Assembly: GCA_964016885.1 (NCBI GenBank)
Contig: OZ024742.1
Span: 135,904,001 to 135,968,000, forward strand
Direction of reading: 5' to 3'
Source: Eledone cirrhosa
Taxonomy: Eukaryota
DNA: 64,000 nt
Below the pieces are notes generated by a model. It searched no databases. It saw nothing but the letters and a program-made list of their open reading frames with translations, and was not told the DNA's origin. Shown in pieces: positions 11,141 through 26,844 of this stretch (position 1 is its first letter; each line of letters opens with the position of its first letter). The translations under genes were made by a program, and so were the position numbers.

Positions 11141-11884
11141 ATCAGGTGCTGTGGGTCATTTTCCTGTGGATGCGAAAATAAGTTGTTTCTTGTAGACGAG
11201 CATGTGACAATGGAGACATCCGGTGTTCTGGTCCCCCGCACCACATCCCAACTCACTGTTATCTGTGTAGAGTTGGCTACCCGCAAGAGTGAACCTGCGA
11301 GGTGGAGTGGCTGTTCCAGCCCATCTTTCTCACAATCTCCAGGGACGTATTCACCATTCTCTCCACTGGGATCACGAAGCGGACTAACTCTTAAACAGTA
11401 AGAGTTTAATCCGACAGCTATGGACAAATCAACACACACACATTCACACATTTCACGATCAGTCTGACTGACTTTATAATAAGATATGTTTATATACATT
11501 ATGAGTCTTAAATAAGCGAGCGGTCTAACATTTATATTCCAAATTATGTTACTTACTAAAATTCTAGTCATAGTACGATTATAATTAATGTAAGTGTTCG
11601 AAATCTGACCTCATTCCTCAATACATTTTGAAGCGGCTGTTCAAAAAGTAATCACTGAAACTTGCAATAAAAATGTTGTTTGTGTATCTTACTATGTATC
11701 TGACTGAACTGCACAAAATGTATTTTCTATCTCAATCATTTTGCTACAAAAACTTTACTTTTCAATCCTGGGTTCTAACACTATATTTGTCCCTGTAAAT
11801 AGTTATTTTCTCCAAAGTTATTCATACATTTGTCGTATTCGGTTCCCTGCAATCCTCCTAAAAACATGCAAGCGAACATTAACA

Positions 11885-12140
11885 CAACCACTGCGAAAGA
11901 ATCCGAAAGATCTACATCGTATGCATGTAGATGTTTTCAAGAGATATCTCGACATTTTACTGACTAAGATCCCAGATGAACCCATAGCACGAGGCAAAGC
12001 GCAAATAAGGGCAGAAGCAACAAACTCCCTTTTGCATCAATGGCCAACCAGTGTAGGGTAGCTGCAGAAAGTGTAGCATCAATTATGGTGCTCTAGCATG
12101 GCCTCACTTTGTTGTCTGGAACACGTAATAGAGTAACAGA
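11885..12140 (+). mobile_element. 3' fragment of a CR1-group LINE
   Basis: VDVFKRYLDILLTKIPDEP...IRAEATNSLLHQ matches the FKxxLDxxLxxIPDEP...RAAxSNSL C-terminus of invertebrate CR1-type ORF2. Confidence 0.6.
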
Positions 12141-12254
12141 ATGATGGTGGTATTCTGGACTCCAAAAACTAAATAAGAACCCTATTGCCGTCATTATTGG
12201 CAGTACGACTCCAATAGCTTTAAATAAAGGACATATAATATAATGCATTTTAAT

Positions 12255-12810
12255 TTATCCAGCCCTTAAATATGAAAGGCAAAGATAACCTTGGTAGGAT
12301 TTGAACTCAGAACGTAAAGGGACAAATATACGCCACAAGCATGTTATCCGACGCTCTACCGATAATGTCAATCCACCGCCCACATTACTATTTAATAATT
12401 GTTTCTACTCTTGGCACAATACCAGCAATTTTAAGGGAAGAAGGGAAGGGAAAAGTCAGTTATATCGACTCCAGTACGTTACAGGTACTTTATTTTATCG
12501 ACCCAGTAAGGATGAAAGGCAAAGCTAACCTTGGCGGGGTTTGAACTCAAAACGTAAAGGCCCGTAACTCTATGCTGCGAAGTAGGTTGTCCGACGCTCT
12601 ACCGATAATAATAATAATTCTTAATAAAATAGGAACAATGCCAGAAATTTGGGGAAATGGGAAAGTCGATTATATCGACAACAATATCTCAACGGTACAT
12701 TATATTAATTCCCCCATAAAATGTAAAGGTAATGCTGGCATCAGTGGGATTTGAAATCAGAATATAGATATTTGGAACCAAGGAAAGATTGTAAAGCATT
12801 TATCTGACAA
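12255..12810 (-). mobile_element. Cluster of about three SINE family A copies or fragments
   Basis: Repeated GATGAAAGGCAAAG...TTTGAACTCA...CCGACGCTCTACCGATA. Confidence 0.75.
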
Positions 12811-12940
12811 TAAAAGACTATACCAGCATCAGCAGCACTGACTCTACTATTACATCTTTCAGCAGAGATACAACCCCCAGAAGAATGGAATGGAACTTCA
12901 TCGGTTTCGACGACGTGTTTCATACATACAATCCTATATA

Positions 12941-13069
12941 CCGTATTACCCGGTATCTATCATACGTCTTGGATGCCGAAGAAGGTTTATTATTTTTTTT
13001 CAAATTTTTGGTTGTTAAAATTAGGGTGCAACCTCGAGGACGAAGCGTCTTCGGCGCAGGGAAATACGT
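12941..13069. mobile_element. Degenerate pogo/Tc1-mariner-type MITE
   Basis: TA|CCGTATTACCC ... GGGAAATACGT|TA imperfect TIRs flanked by TA. Confidence 0.4.
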
Positions 13070-13099
13070 TACATACATGCATACATCCACACATGTTTG

Positions 13100-13245
13100 A
13101 CCTCCGTCGCTTCCGACGAGGAACGTTCCAGTTGTTTGAGCAACGGAACAGCCTGCTCGGAAAATTAACGTGAAAGTGACTGAGCAATTCATTCATACAC
13201 ATACGTACCCTTAACGTAATTCTAGGGGAGATTCAGCGTGACACT
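13100..13245 (-). mobile_element. 3' fragment of SINE family B (further fragments at ~19255-19385 and ~36060-36190)
   Basis: Reverse complement of 47735-47876 (AACAGCCTGCTCG, AAATTAACGT, GGGAGATTCAGCGTGACAC). Confidence 0.7.
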
Positions 13246-14234
13246 GAATTAAAGCTAAAGTCCATATAAGAGTTGCTATTATTGCGAAGCGAACTTCTTA
13301 AACATTTGGCTATGCTGCCTCTATATAACAACCGTTAATACCTAAATTATAACCGCTACTGCTATTCTACCCCCACCCAACCTATCTATATACTCTCATT
13401 ACCACAACGTCCTTCTATACAATATCCAGTTGAAATACAATCACCTCTACCACTTCTATTATAACCATGATTATTGCAAATGTATCACTACCTCCACCAC
13501 CAGCACCACCACTATTCAACACCACCTCAATCTACCACCACCACTACCAACACCAAAACAACACCACCAGCACTACTACCACCACTAACTATCCCACTCA
13601 CTTCCACAGCACAACTATAACCACTTACCGAAAGCCAGTAGATATAATCTAATAACGAAAGTGACAGTGGCTTGTCTTCAGTTTTGATAACTTATTGAAT
13701 TATCTGACACATTATGGAGAATGTTGGCCATATCCTACTAGCATGGCTTTCTTACAAACATGCTACACCGCATAGACACACTGACGCGTGGGCGCATTCT
13801 AATGTATACAACGCAGACACTGACGTCCCAGATCTCACATACATAATACACAACACACACACTTCGATATACGCGTTTAAATTAAAACACCCATAAATTT
13901 ATAGATTCATATTTATGTATATGAATCTATAAATTTGACATTTATGACTCTTATATATATATAGATAGATATATATGAATATATATATATATACACACAC
14001 ATATATATATATGTGTGTGTGTGTATGTGTGTATATATACATACGTACATACATACATACACATATGTATATACAGTATATATACAGTATATATATATAG
14101 GGAGATAGATAAATAGATAGATAGATAGATAGATAAATATAAATAGATATATGTGTATGTATTTGCATGTATATATTTTATATATATATATATATGTGTG
14201 TGCGTGTGGGTGTGTGAATGAGATTGTGTGTACG

Positions 14235-14283
<49 letters not shown>

Positions 14284-14984
14284 GCTTTGAGAACAACCGG
14301 AATATAAGACGAACCCTTGTATTTATTTTAATATGCCTTGGTTGTTGATTTGTGTTTGTACCATTGTCTGTATAATGAATTATATATGTTTCTCCCCAAA
14401 AGTATGTATGTAGCCATATTATGTTGGGCACTCTGATTCCGGTATCCAGAGAAAAAGCCATATATGGCTAATCAGTATAAATCCACTCATTGACCTTCTC
14501 CAGCCAATTTTCATCCGCTCCTTTGCAAAGACAATGCTAGTCTTATGCCACATGTAAACAAGTAATACCTTTCCTTCCTCTTCACCTTTATTGTGTTCAA
14601 CCTCTACCATTCACCCACCAATCGTCACGTCACACGTTAACCATTACACCCACCCTGTCCCGCCCAGAACATTCATAATTTCGAATTTCCTCCGTGCTCA
14701 CGTCTTTCCAAAATGAGTGGATTTGCAATACTTTAATTAGGGTATTAACGGTATCGATCTCTACGGATTGGAGGGCTTGTAAAGGTCTTGATCGATGCCT
14801 ACTCCACCAGATCTGCTAAGTAAAAAATAAAGACGTTATATCTCCTACTATATAACGACGTGTATTATTAGATATTATATTGATTTATATTCGGCATATC
14901 AACATTTGAATTTAAATTTCATTTCGATTAACATTTGATGTTGAGCACTTTTCTGGATGCTGAAATATATTGAAGTAAATGAGA

Positions 14985-15205
14985 TTAATAACGGCTTCTG
15001 ATTTAGGCAGAGAGCCAACAATTTTGTGGAGAAGAAAATCAATTAAATCGACCCCAGTGTGTTACTGATTCTTTATTTTATTGACTACGTAAGGACGAAA
15101 TGCAAAGCTAAACTCGGTGTAATTTGAACTCAAAATCTAAAGAGCCGTAATTATATGTCGCACGGCATGTTGTCCGACATTCTACTGAGACTGCCAATCC
15201 ACCAC
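14985..15205 (-). mobile_element. SINE family A, diverged
   Basis: TTTATTTTATTGAC...AAGGACGAAATGCAAAG...TTTGAACTCA...ACTGCCAATCCACC. Confidence 0.7.
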
Positions 15206-15377
15206 CTTCTTACATGAAATAATAAAAGGGTGGTCATAATATATATTGGGGCGTCAAGTATTAAATTTATTTTTTTTCTACAAATTTCATACTTGACGAC
15301 CCAATAATTGTATGAGGATGTCAGTGGTTTGTTTCTTGCAGTTTGTATGTGTACTTATATTTATGTGCATGTGTGTG

Positions 15378-15409
<32 letters not shown>

Positions 15410-15412
15410 TGC

Positions 15413-15447
<35 letters not shown>

Positions 15448-16040
15448 TGTGTGTGTGCGTTTGCGTGTATTAATATAATTGTGTGACTATGTCTATATTT
15501 ATACCGTAGAAAATACTGAGATTAAAAACATAAATTAATAATAATAATAAAAATAACATACAATATACAAAAATGCAACAACAAGATTATAACCAAGGTG
15601 GTCAGTGTGAACTGCTAAGGATCCAGTGTCCGATCGCAGATGACCTTTCAACATGATGACCTTATCATCTCATCCAAATTCCGCAAACGGAAGCCATCCA
15701 TGCATTCAAGTCCTTGCGAGGTGAGAGTTTGTATATATGCGCAGGTTTGAGTGCACACTTGTGTATGTGTGTGTTTGTATTTGTATGTGTATGTGTGCGC
15801 ACATGCGTGTGAGTGTGTGTGCGCACATTCCTGTATGTGTGAGCGTGATACACATGTAAACATCCGCAATGTACCGTTTACGTTAGCTTGTTATTATTTT
15901 GCCACCATATTCCACGTAATGATGTACTTCTCATGCATGCATAAACATAGTCACGTAGTACACATATTTGCACACATCGCATTAAAATTAGCACTACTGG
16001 CTGTGCACATTCTACAGATATGTGTGTATAGTCATATGCA

Positions 16041-16140
<100 letters not shown>

Positions 16141-16284
16141 AAGAGAGAGAGAGAGTAGAGAGAGATAACATACACACATATATATATATGTGTGTGTGCG
16201 TGTATATACATAGGCACATAGGCACATGTATACATGTACACATAATCACACGAATGTATATTTATATATATATATCGTTGGATG

Positions 16285-16328
<44 letters not shown>

Positions 16329-16614
16329 AGAAAGAGAGAGGGACTAAGAAACAGGTGAATTACTATAACTTTGCGCCGAAACTATAAGATCTAGTGCTCA
16401 ATGCTACTCCGTTCAGGAACACGTCTGTTTGACACCACCTGAAATTCATTTGACCAGTAATGCCCCACATTGCCACTCTGCTTCTTACTTAGAGTTAGGT
16501 TAAACGTAGACATGCCTCTTACATGCCAATTGAAATGTTAAGCTCTTTTGTTGATCGATTCAAACGTTTTGAATTTGTTCAAAATTAGTCTACACATATA
16601 ACGATTTTTATTTT

Positions 16615-16752
16615 CATCGAATGAGAAGATCCCAGATATCATTCACTTACCAAATTGGGTTGAACTCGTCAAATCGGACCACGGAAACAAAGTTTCCATA
16701 TGTCTTTACATTGCTAATACTATCTACTAGTCATAACTCCTGGCAGAAAGAG
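16615..16752 (-). repeat. Diverged dispersed repeat of unknown class (other copies 30519-30650 +, 35590-35716 -)
   Basis: Shared CAGGA...ATAG...AAAGAC(CA/AT)ATGGAAAC...TGTTT..TGG(T/A)CCGAT(T/C)T(G/A)AC(G/A)AG core. Confidence 0.6.
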
Positions 16753-18528
16753 CAACCTGAAATAAAATGTTTTTCTCGATGACATTACGCATCGCCCGGT
16801 CTAGTAATTGAACTTGCAACCTCACAATTGAGAATCCAGTTATCTAATCACTTAGCCATGCGCCAGATAATAATTCTGATATGTGATTTACTTGCTGTGA
16901 TATTGGACTTCCACAATGTTTACAGTTCCATAACCTATCGAGGGATAATGTGGTTTATCGACGTTCTTTATGTTATTGTAGTACATGAAAAGGAAGATAA
17001 TCATATTTAATTCAGAATATAATTTAAATATTACAACAGATATAGACAGAAACCTTCTAGGTTTATTAAGAAATACTTGTCCACCTACATGCAAATGAAA
17101 TTAATTTTAGAACACTTATGACGTTAAGATCAAAATATTCCTGTCTGGACAACATAACATCTACTGTCCTACGCTGCAAGTGTACACACATATTGGCTCA
17201 GGCACCAACTGAACACCCAGTATGTATGTAAATACTTAATATTTCTACTTGCCAATTGTCTTTTAAATGATGTTATACGCCGAGCATCTGTAATACTCCT
17301 GGGTAATATCAAAATGAATTAAACGAGATTTACTGAAAGCACATTCCAAATCCGTTACTATTAGCTACTACACAAATGTTGGTCTAGGAACAAGGAATTT
17401 TTTATATTTCCGTCCTAAATCTTCTACAGGCCCAACTATCAATAATCAGAAAATCCTCCAGTAACATGAAGTATAGAGTATCGATCATGAAGCCGCACCT
17501 TACTTCAATTACTGAGAGAAGTTCTACCATTTGATCTGTGAAAGATCCTTCCTTTATTATTCCAATGCTTATTGAGTAATATCCATACCCGTCATAAAAT
17601 AGTTGTTCTGTGGTGACCATGGGACACGATTGACTAATTTATATTATGCTTGGTGAATAATGAGTGATATTGCTTCCGTCTTCCTGTTTCTTGGGTTAAA
17701 ATCGAGCCACCAACCCGGACAACCCCGCTCAAATGACAGTGATGCAGCGATAACAAAATACCGATATTGGAACGATCGCTTTCTTCGTCTACCGATTTCT
17801 ATCAAGACCTCCAAAGTTTTCTGTGACCGGACTACTGCATGCTACCGTAAGATAGAAGAGGTGCATTTTTTTCTTTTAGAAAGACGTTCCGTGTGTAGGT
17901 AGAATGGTTGATGCGGCAAGTGTCGCTGAATGTTCTCTGCGACAATTTTTTCGGCATTTTGAGTGTCTAACAAAGAGTGTACGGGTTGTCTGCAACACAT
18001 TTTCTCCTACACGTTTTGAAATTTATTTCTTTGTCCTCCTCCTCCTCCTCTCTCTCTCTCTCTCTTTCCTTGATTTTTTTTATCTGTTCAAATGAATGAA
18101 TATTAAATTAAAATTGATTAATAGTCAATTGCTCAATCTTGCTGTGTCTATAAATAAAATGCTCAATTTAGAGCGGTGGCTTGGGGAGATTGTTTAAATC
18201 TCTTGTATTTGTGCAGTCTAAATTCCAATATTGCCTACTTGAATGGTCAGATTAAACCATCATCCACTTTTTTTTATCATTTTGATTTGAGTTGACTTTT
18301 GTAAGGGCCAATACGTTGCACGTATTCAGACCACGTCACTGGTTTTGGAATCCATTCCTTACTCCGTTGATACATAGATATTAAAAGCGACCTTGTACAT
18401 TGCCATTCCCTACTGAGTGAGTAATATGAAATCAATAGTAGTCATACCAGCTATGGGTTATGTATGAAAAATTGTAAGTAACAATAGTGATTCACCAATT
18501 CATCCTCAACATACACACACACAAATAC

Positions 18529-18563
<35 letters not shown>

Positions 18564-18655
18564 CTGCAAAAGTAAGTGCACGTAAACACAGAGACGCAAT
18601 ATATATATATGTGTGTGTGTGTGTATGTGTGTGTGTGTGTGTGAGTATGTATGTA

Positions 18656-18686
<31 letters not shown>

Positions 18687-18688
18687 GC

Positions 18689-18728
<40 letters not shown>

Positions 18729-18833
18729 ATGTATGTGTGTGTGTATGTATTTATAAATGTACACACACACACACAACACGCACACACACACAACACGCAC
18801 ACACACACAACACGCACACACACACACAACACG

Positions 18834-18890
<57 letters not shown>

Positions 18891-19872
18891 GTGTGTATAT
18901 ATGTGTACATATATCATGCCCGCACACATGCAGTTCTTTGCATTGATTTGCTCTTTATAATTTTGTTTCATTATTGTTTTATGTTCAATATCATTTCGTT
19001 TGTGACCTCGCTTGGGAGAGAAAGGTCATTTCGCTGGTCAGTGTTAATCATGCAGCAAACACGAGGTCATACGATGACCTTTTTAATGTTACTTTAGTAG
19101 TGGTGAGTTCGAAAGGGATATCAGCGCATTGAAATGCATTGAAAGCACAGGAGGAGAGCAAGTAAGAAAAATGAAAAATATGTGAGAAATATGTGGAATG
19201 ACTTGTGTTTGAGAAAGTTAGTATAATGTTATTGGGGAGCTGCAGTAGTTGTACGACATCCGGTGGTTCTGATGACGAATTATTCCAACAACAGTACAGC
19301 CTGCTCGATAAATTAACTTGAAGGTGGCTAGGAATTCTCAGAAATGTGTACCCATAACATAGTTCTAAGGGATATTCAGTAAGATCCTTGGAAATTACGA
19401 ATGCAGCTTATTTTTGCCTGAGAAATGAACTCGACAAACGTAAATTAAAGTAACTTGCTCAAGGATACAACGTGCTGCCGGGAATTAAACATATGGCATT
19501 ATGGCTGTTTGCCGGTTATCCTTGATACTAGGCAATGCACCTTCACACAGGTGTACATAATGATACAGAATGTACAGAAGGAGACTATTGATTAGTGAGA
19601 TAAAGTGTAATTCATGTGACAAATAAATGAGAGAAAGATAAAGTTCAAAAGAGGGAACAAAATGTGAGTGCATGAAAATGCATATAAGGGAGCAAAATAT
19701 CAAGAAGTAAAAAGATATTTGCAAATGTTAAGGTCGGTTAATGTTTAGGCAAAGAGTAAAAAATATTACAATGTACATACATACATACAGAATGCCTATG
19801 TCCGTGTCTTTACTTGTACGTGCATGTATATGTAGTTATGAATGTGTATATGTGTATACGCATGTATGTATG

Positions 19873-19904
<32 letters not shown>

Positions 19905-20016
19905 TTCATATCTATGCACATATATGTGTGTGTATATATATATATATTAATATATATATATATATATATATTCATATCTATGCAGATATATGTGTGTGTG
20001 TATATATATATATATA

Positions 20017-20530
20017 TTGTTATATTTGGGGAGGGTCATATTTGCGTAATATTGCCAGAATTAATAACAGAACACACTCACTGTTTGGTTGGTTTTCGCT
20101 TCTCGCTGTCTTTTATATATATATATCTGCGATCTAACTTACTCGGTCCTCAATGTTGCCATTGACTGACCGGCGGTCAAAAATAATACAGATACAATAT
20201 AGACAAACACATATATATATAGTTTACATAAATCTTTCGTTGCACATCTGCAACATCGTCAGTGGTGTTATATTCATTGTTCCTCCTGTTGTGTTGTATG
20301 TCTACGCCATTCTTTTTTTTGTTCAATGGCAACATTGAGGACCGAGTAAGTTAGATCGCAGATATATATATATAAAAGACAGCGAGAAGCGAAAACCAAC
20401 CAAACAGTGAGTGTGTTCTGTTATTAATTCTGGCAATATTACGCAAATATGACCCTCCCCAAATATAACAATATCTGTTTCGACACACGATTTCATATAA
20501 AAAACCTCGCAAAACTAATTCATCGCCGCT
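20017..20530. mobile_element. Fold-back pair of Naiad-type PLE 3' pLTR fragments, no ORF body
   Basis: 20017-20310 is the reverse complement of the 3' region of the 21443-24010 element, and 20325-20530 is the same region forward. Hammerhead on the minus strand at ~20228-20262. Confidence 0.85.
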
Positions 20531-20542
20531 ATATATATATTA

Positions 20543-20600
<58 letters not shown>

Positions 20601-20603
20601 TAT

Positions 20604-21359
20604 AAATATAAATTACCGAGAATCGTATTTCGGCTATTTGAAATTAGAGATGTGTGGCAAGCGCTCCATAGAAGCTACAACATAAGTTAAAAGGCCAAAC
20701 ACACTGAGACAATGGTTAAACCATAATCCGCACAGCCATAGAAACGACCAAGTAATTCGGGTCAAACAAATAAAATATGATTGAAAATTATACCCGGACC
20801 CCTGGAAGGTTGGTAAAATCCAGCATTTGCTTTTCTGCAACTCCTAAATCAAGTACTGCCAGCTTGGACAATGTTAAGATTTTGGTAAGATGATCGAACA
20901 AGAAAGTCACTTTCTCAACAGGATTTTAGTTCAAGTGCCAAGCGAAAGACTGACCGTTATCGAAACTCACGTGGGGCTCGACAAGGGGGGCAACCTTAGT
21001 TTTGGCGGATGAATTCAATATGTGTGTTATTATTGCAAAATTGCAAAATATCACAAAACGAATTAAGTTCTCAACAGAATGGTTTTGAAGTTAACAAAAG
21101 CTATTCATCAGTCAATAGAATTAACTAAAAAAATCAAGAAAATTAACTGGTCAATAGCTAGCCTCTGGAGATTAATACAAATATGAATTAGCGAGAATCG
21201 TATTTCAGCTATTGGAAATTAGCGAAAAACAACTTCCGAGATGTGTGGCAAACGCTCCATAGAAGCTAGTGAACTAGAGCTACAACATAAGTGAAAAGGC
21301 AAAACACACTGAGACGATGGTTAAACCAATATCCGCACAGCCATAGAAACGACCAAGTA
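20604..21359. repeat. Unit bounded by two diverged direct repeats (20604-20754, 21179-21359) between (TA)n tracts
   Basis: CGAGAATCGTATTTC...GCTCCATAGAAGCTA...CACACTGAGAC...CAGCCATAGAAACGACCAAGTA occurs twice. Confidence 0.75.
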
Positions 21360-21385
21360 TTAAATATATATATATATATATATAT

Positions 21386-24110
<2,725 letters not shown>

Positions 24111-24152
24111 TCATATCTATGCACATATATGTGTGTATATATATATATATTA

Positions 24153-24185
<33 letters not shown>

Positions 24186-24186
24186 C

Positions 24187-24261
<75 letters not shown>

Positions 24262-24565
24262 AATTTCTTTTTACTTAAAAAAAGTGGGCTCACGAAGGGT
24301 TTTTTTAATAAACGTAATTTGATTGGTTAAAAATGAAATTATCGCTGTCACGTGAACAAGTTTTGATTAAATTTTCGCGCCGTTATTTGGAAATCAATTC
24401 TGTAGCCTTTTTAGAGAATTTTATGACAAGCAAAAGATAATGGTCAAGAGAAATTGGATGGGAGAATTGTTCTGGTTCAGTGAATATGGTTAGTTCGCTG
24501 GGGTGTCAGAATTCAGATTTTCTATTGAATAAAGAAAGTAAAGATATGTATGTTTATTTGTGTGG

Positions 24566-24646
<81 letters not shown>

Positions 24647-24683
24647 GAATTTCTTTTTACTTAAAAAAAGGGCCTCACGAAGG

Positions 24684-24725
<42 letters not shown>

Positions 24726-25062
24726 CGGTAAACATTGATGAAATTCAATTCAAGCAGTCAACGTATTTTTCCACATAGGTAAAAAGGAGTATATTTAGAA
24801 TAAGAAAATGCGGAGTGGTTTCAGATTTTAAAGTCCTTTATTGATAGTGGTGTGATATATATTTCAACGACGACACTGGCCACACGATTCCGTGTACCCA
24901 GTGCCATGACATCTTCAGACAGCTTCTTACATAATAAAGTTACGTTCCCGACGCAACCCAAAGTGAAACGACAAGGGAACGGACAAGGCGTATGTTCTTG
25001 TATCCCTCGTCTGTTCCCCTGTGAACCCCAATTCACCTCCACATGTCTGTGTAGAATGGAAG

Positions 25063-25333
25063 TATAAAGAAAAAAAGATGAAATCGAAAATGCAACTGGA
25101 GTCTTTTTTTTTTTAAATATATATATTTATTTGGTTCCTTTACCGGTTTGACAGTTTTTCTGCTTTTCAAAAGTAGAGTTGAGATGGAGGATGTGAAAAA
25201 AACCACAGACCCTCCATCTCAACTCTACTTTTGAAAACAGACGAACTACGAAACCGGTAAAGGAACCAAATAAATATATATATATATTTTTTTTAAATAA
25301 GACTCCAGTTGCATTTCGATTTGATCTTTTTTT

Positions 25334-25340
<7 letters not shown>
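25063..25340. repeat. Imperfect palindrome (~130-bp arms) ending in (TA)n, with a variant hammerhead at 25228-25262
   Basis: TTTTCAAAAGTAGAGTTGAGATGGAGG pairs with CCTCCATCTCAACTCTACTTTTGAAAA, and GGTTCCTTTACCGGTTT with AAACCGGTAAAGGAACC. Confidence 0.9.
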
Positions 25341-25380
<40 letters not shown>

Positions 25381-25818
25381 TATTTATATGTATGTGGGTG
25401 GGTGTGGAGTATATGTGTATATGTGAAATATCAGTCAGAAAATCATTTAATGGTAGGAGTGAACGATGCGGGGTGGGGAATAGATGTCAGAAAAAGAGAA
25501 AGCTGGTGGAGTTGGGCTTGTGTGATATTGTTGGTAGTCTTTGTTAGTGATTGTTATTTTGTTATGGTATTTGGAGAAGCGAGGTTACTCAACTGCTTTA
25601 GGCAGTTCAGTGTGATTGGAAAATTACATTAAGATTCTACAGAAAAAATAGAAAAAAAAAAAGAATTACAGCTGTCAGAGAACTGTGTTCATATATATGT
25701 TCATACATGTATGTAATTCTGTAGGTTTACTTATGTATGTATGTGTATATGTGTGTGTGCTTGTGTGTATGTATGTGTGTTATGTATGGTCATGTATACA
25801 TAGATGTAATTTTGTGCC

Positions 25819-25852
<34 letters not shown>

Positions 25853-26001
25853 TAGGTAACATATATATAAATATATATATATAAATACATATGTACATAC
25901 AGACATATATACATTAATGCATACATAGATACAAACATACATACATACATACATACATACATACATACATACATACATACAAACATACATACATACATAC
26001 A

Positions 26002-26032
<31 letters not shown>

Positions 26033-26639
26033 TACACATTTCTCTTCAAAACGTATAGCTCTGCAAACTTGACCGCTGGTCACTGGTGGGCTACAGAAAG
26101 GAATTAAAAACAGACTGGCTCACAATGGAATGACGAGAAAGAAGTATTGCTGAAGCTTATTGCCTTGACAACTGACCACAATTGGTCAGGGCAGTGATAA
26201 ATCCAATTATATTAATAAGACAAGAGAGAAAAATCAACATTTGTGGCCTGGTTCCAGATGGACAAGCCATGATGGTGGTTGTTTTATATTTGTTTTTAAT
26301 TCTGACTAATATATTGATAGAGAGAATGAGGAAGTGTGAGAGGTGGAGATGTTAGGGAAATGGCGTGGATTTTTATTTTAGGAAATATCCAGCCGGATAT
26401 TTTCGGGACGCTTCTAGATCACAGCCGCCACTGCAACTAAATATGTCTAGAAAAATACACAACACCAGCATTGCCCTAATACTTAGTACAATCATAAACA
26501 CCACTACCACCATCAACAATAACAACTATATACAGCTCACCATTGACACAACTATCAATACAAACATCTCCCCTAATGACACTACTTACTACTATCACCA
26601 ACACTAATATAGATCGAGCCAACGAGAGATCCTCTACGT

Positions 26640-26844
26640 CAGGCATGTCAAACATGCGGCCTGTGGGCCGCTTGCAGCCCTTTACAAGCACACCTGCGGC
26701 CTGCACAAAGGTTTTTACAGCGAGAGCATGTTTTATCTTCGTAAAATTAGTTGTAATGTGCGCAATTAGTTGTCGTGTGTGGCCCTCAGACAATACATAT
26801 GTGACCCATGTGGCCGTCGGGGTACCTTCAGTTAGACATGGCCG
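26640..26844. mobile_element. hAT (Charlie-like) MITE, 205 bp
   Basis: TIRs CAGGCATGTCAAAC / GTTAGACATGGCCG, subterminal GCGGCC motifs and a perfect 8-bp TSD CTCTACGT (26632-26639, 26845-26852). Confidence 0.88.

Noticed and set aside
16651-16756. Minus-strand exon with good TTTCAG| and |GTAAGT sites
   Set aside because: All three frames contain stops and the sequence is a dispersed repeat.
24255-24690. 45-bp direct repeat following two (GT)n tracts; also a ~53-bp tandem pair at 36700-36810
   Set aside because: Simple local duplications with no further structure.
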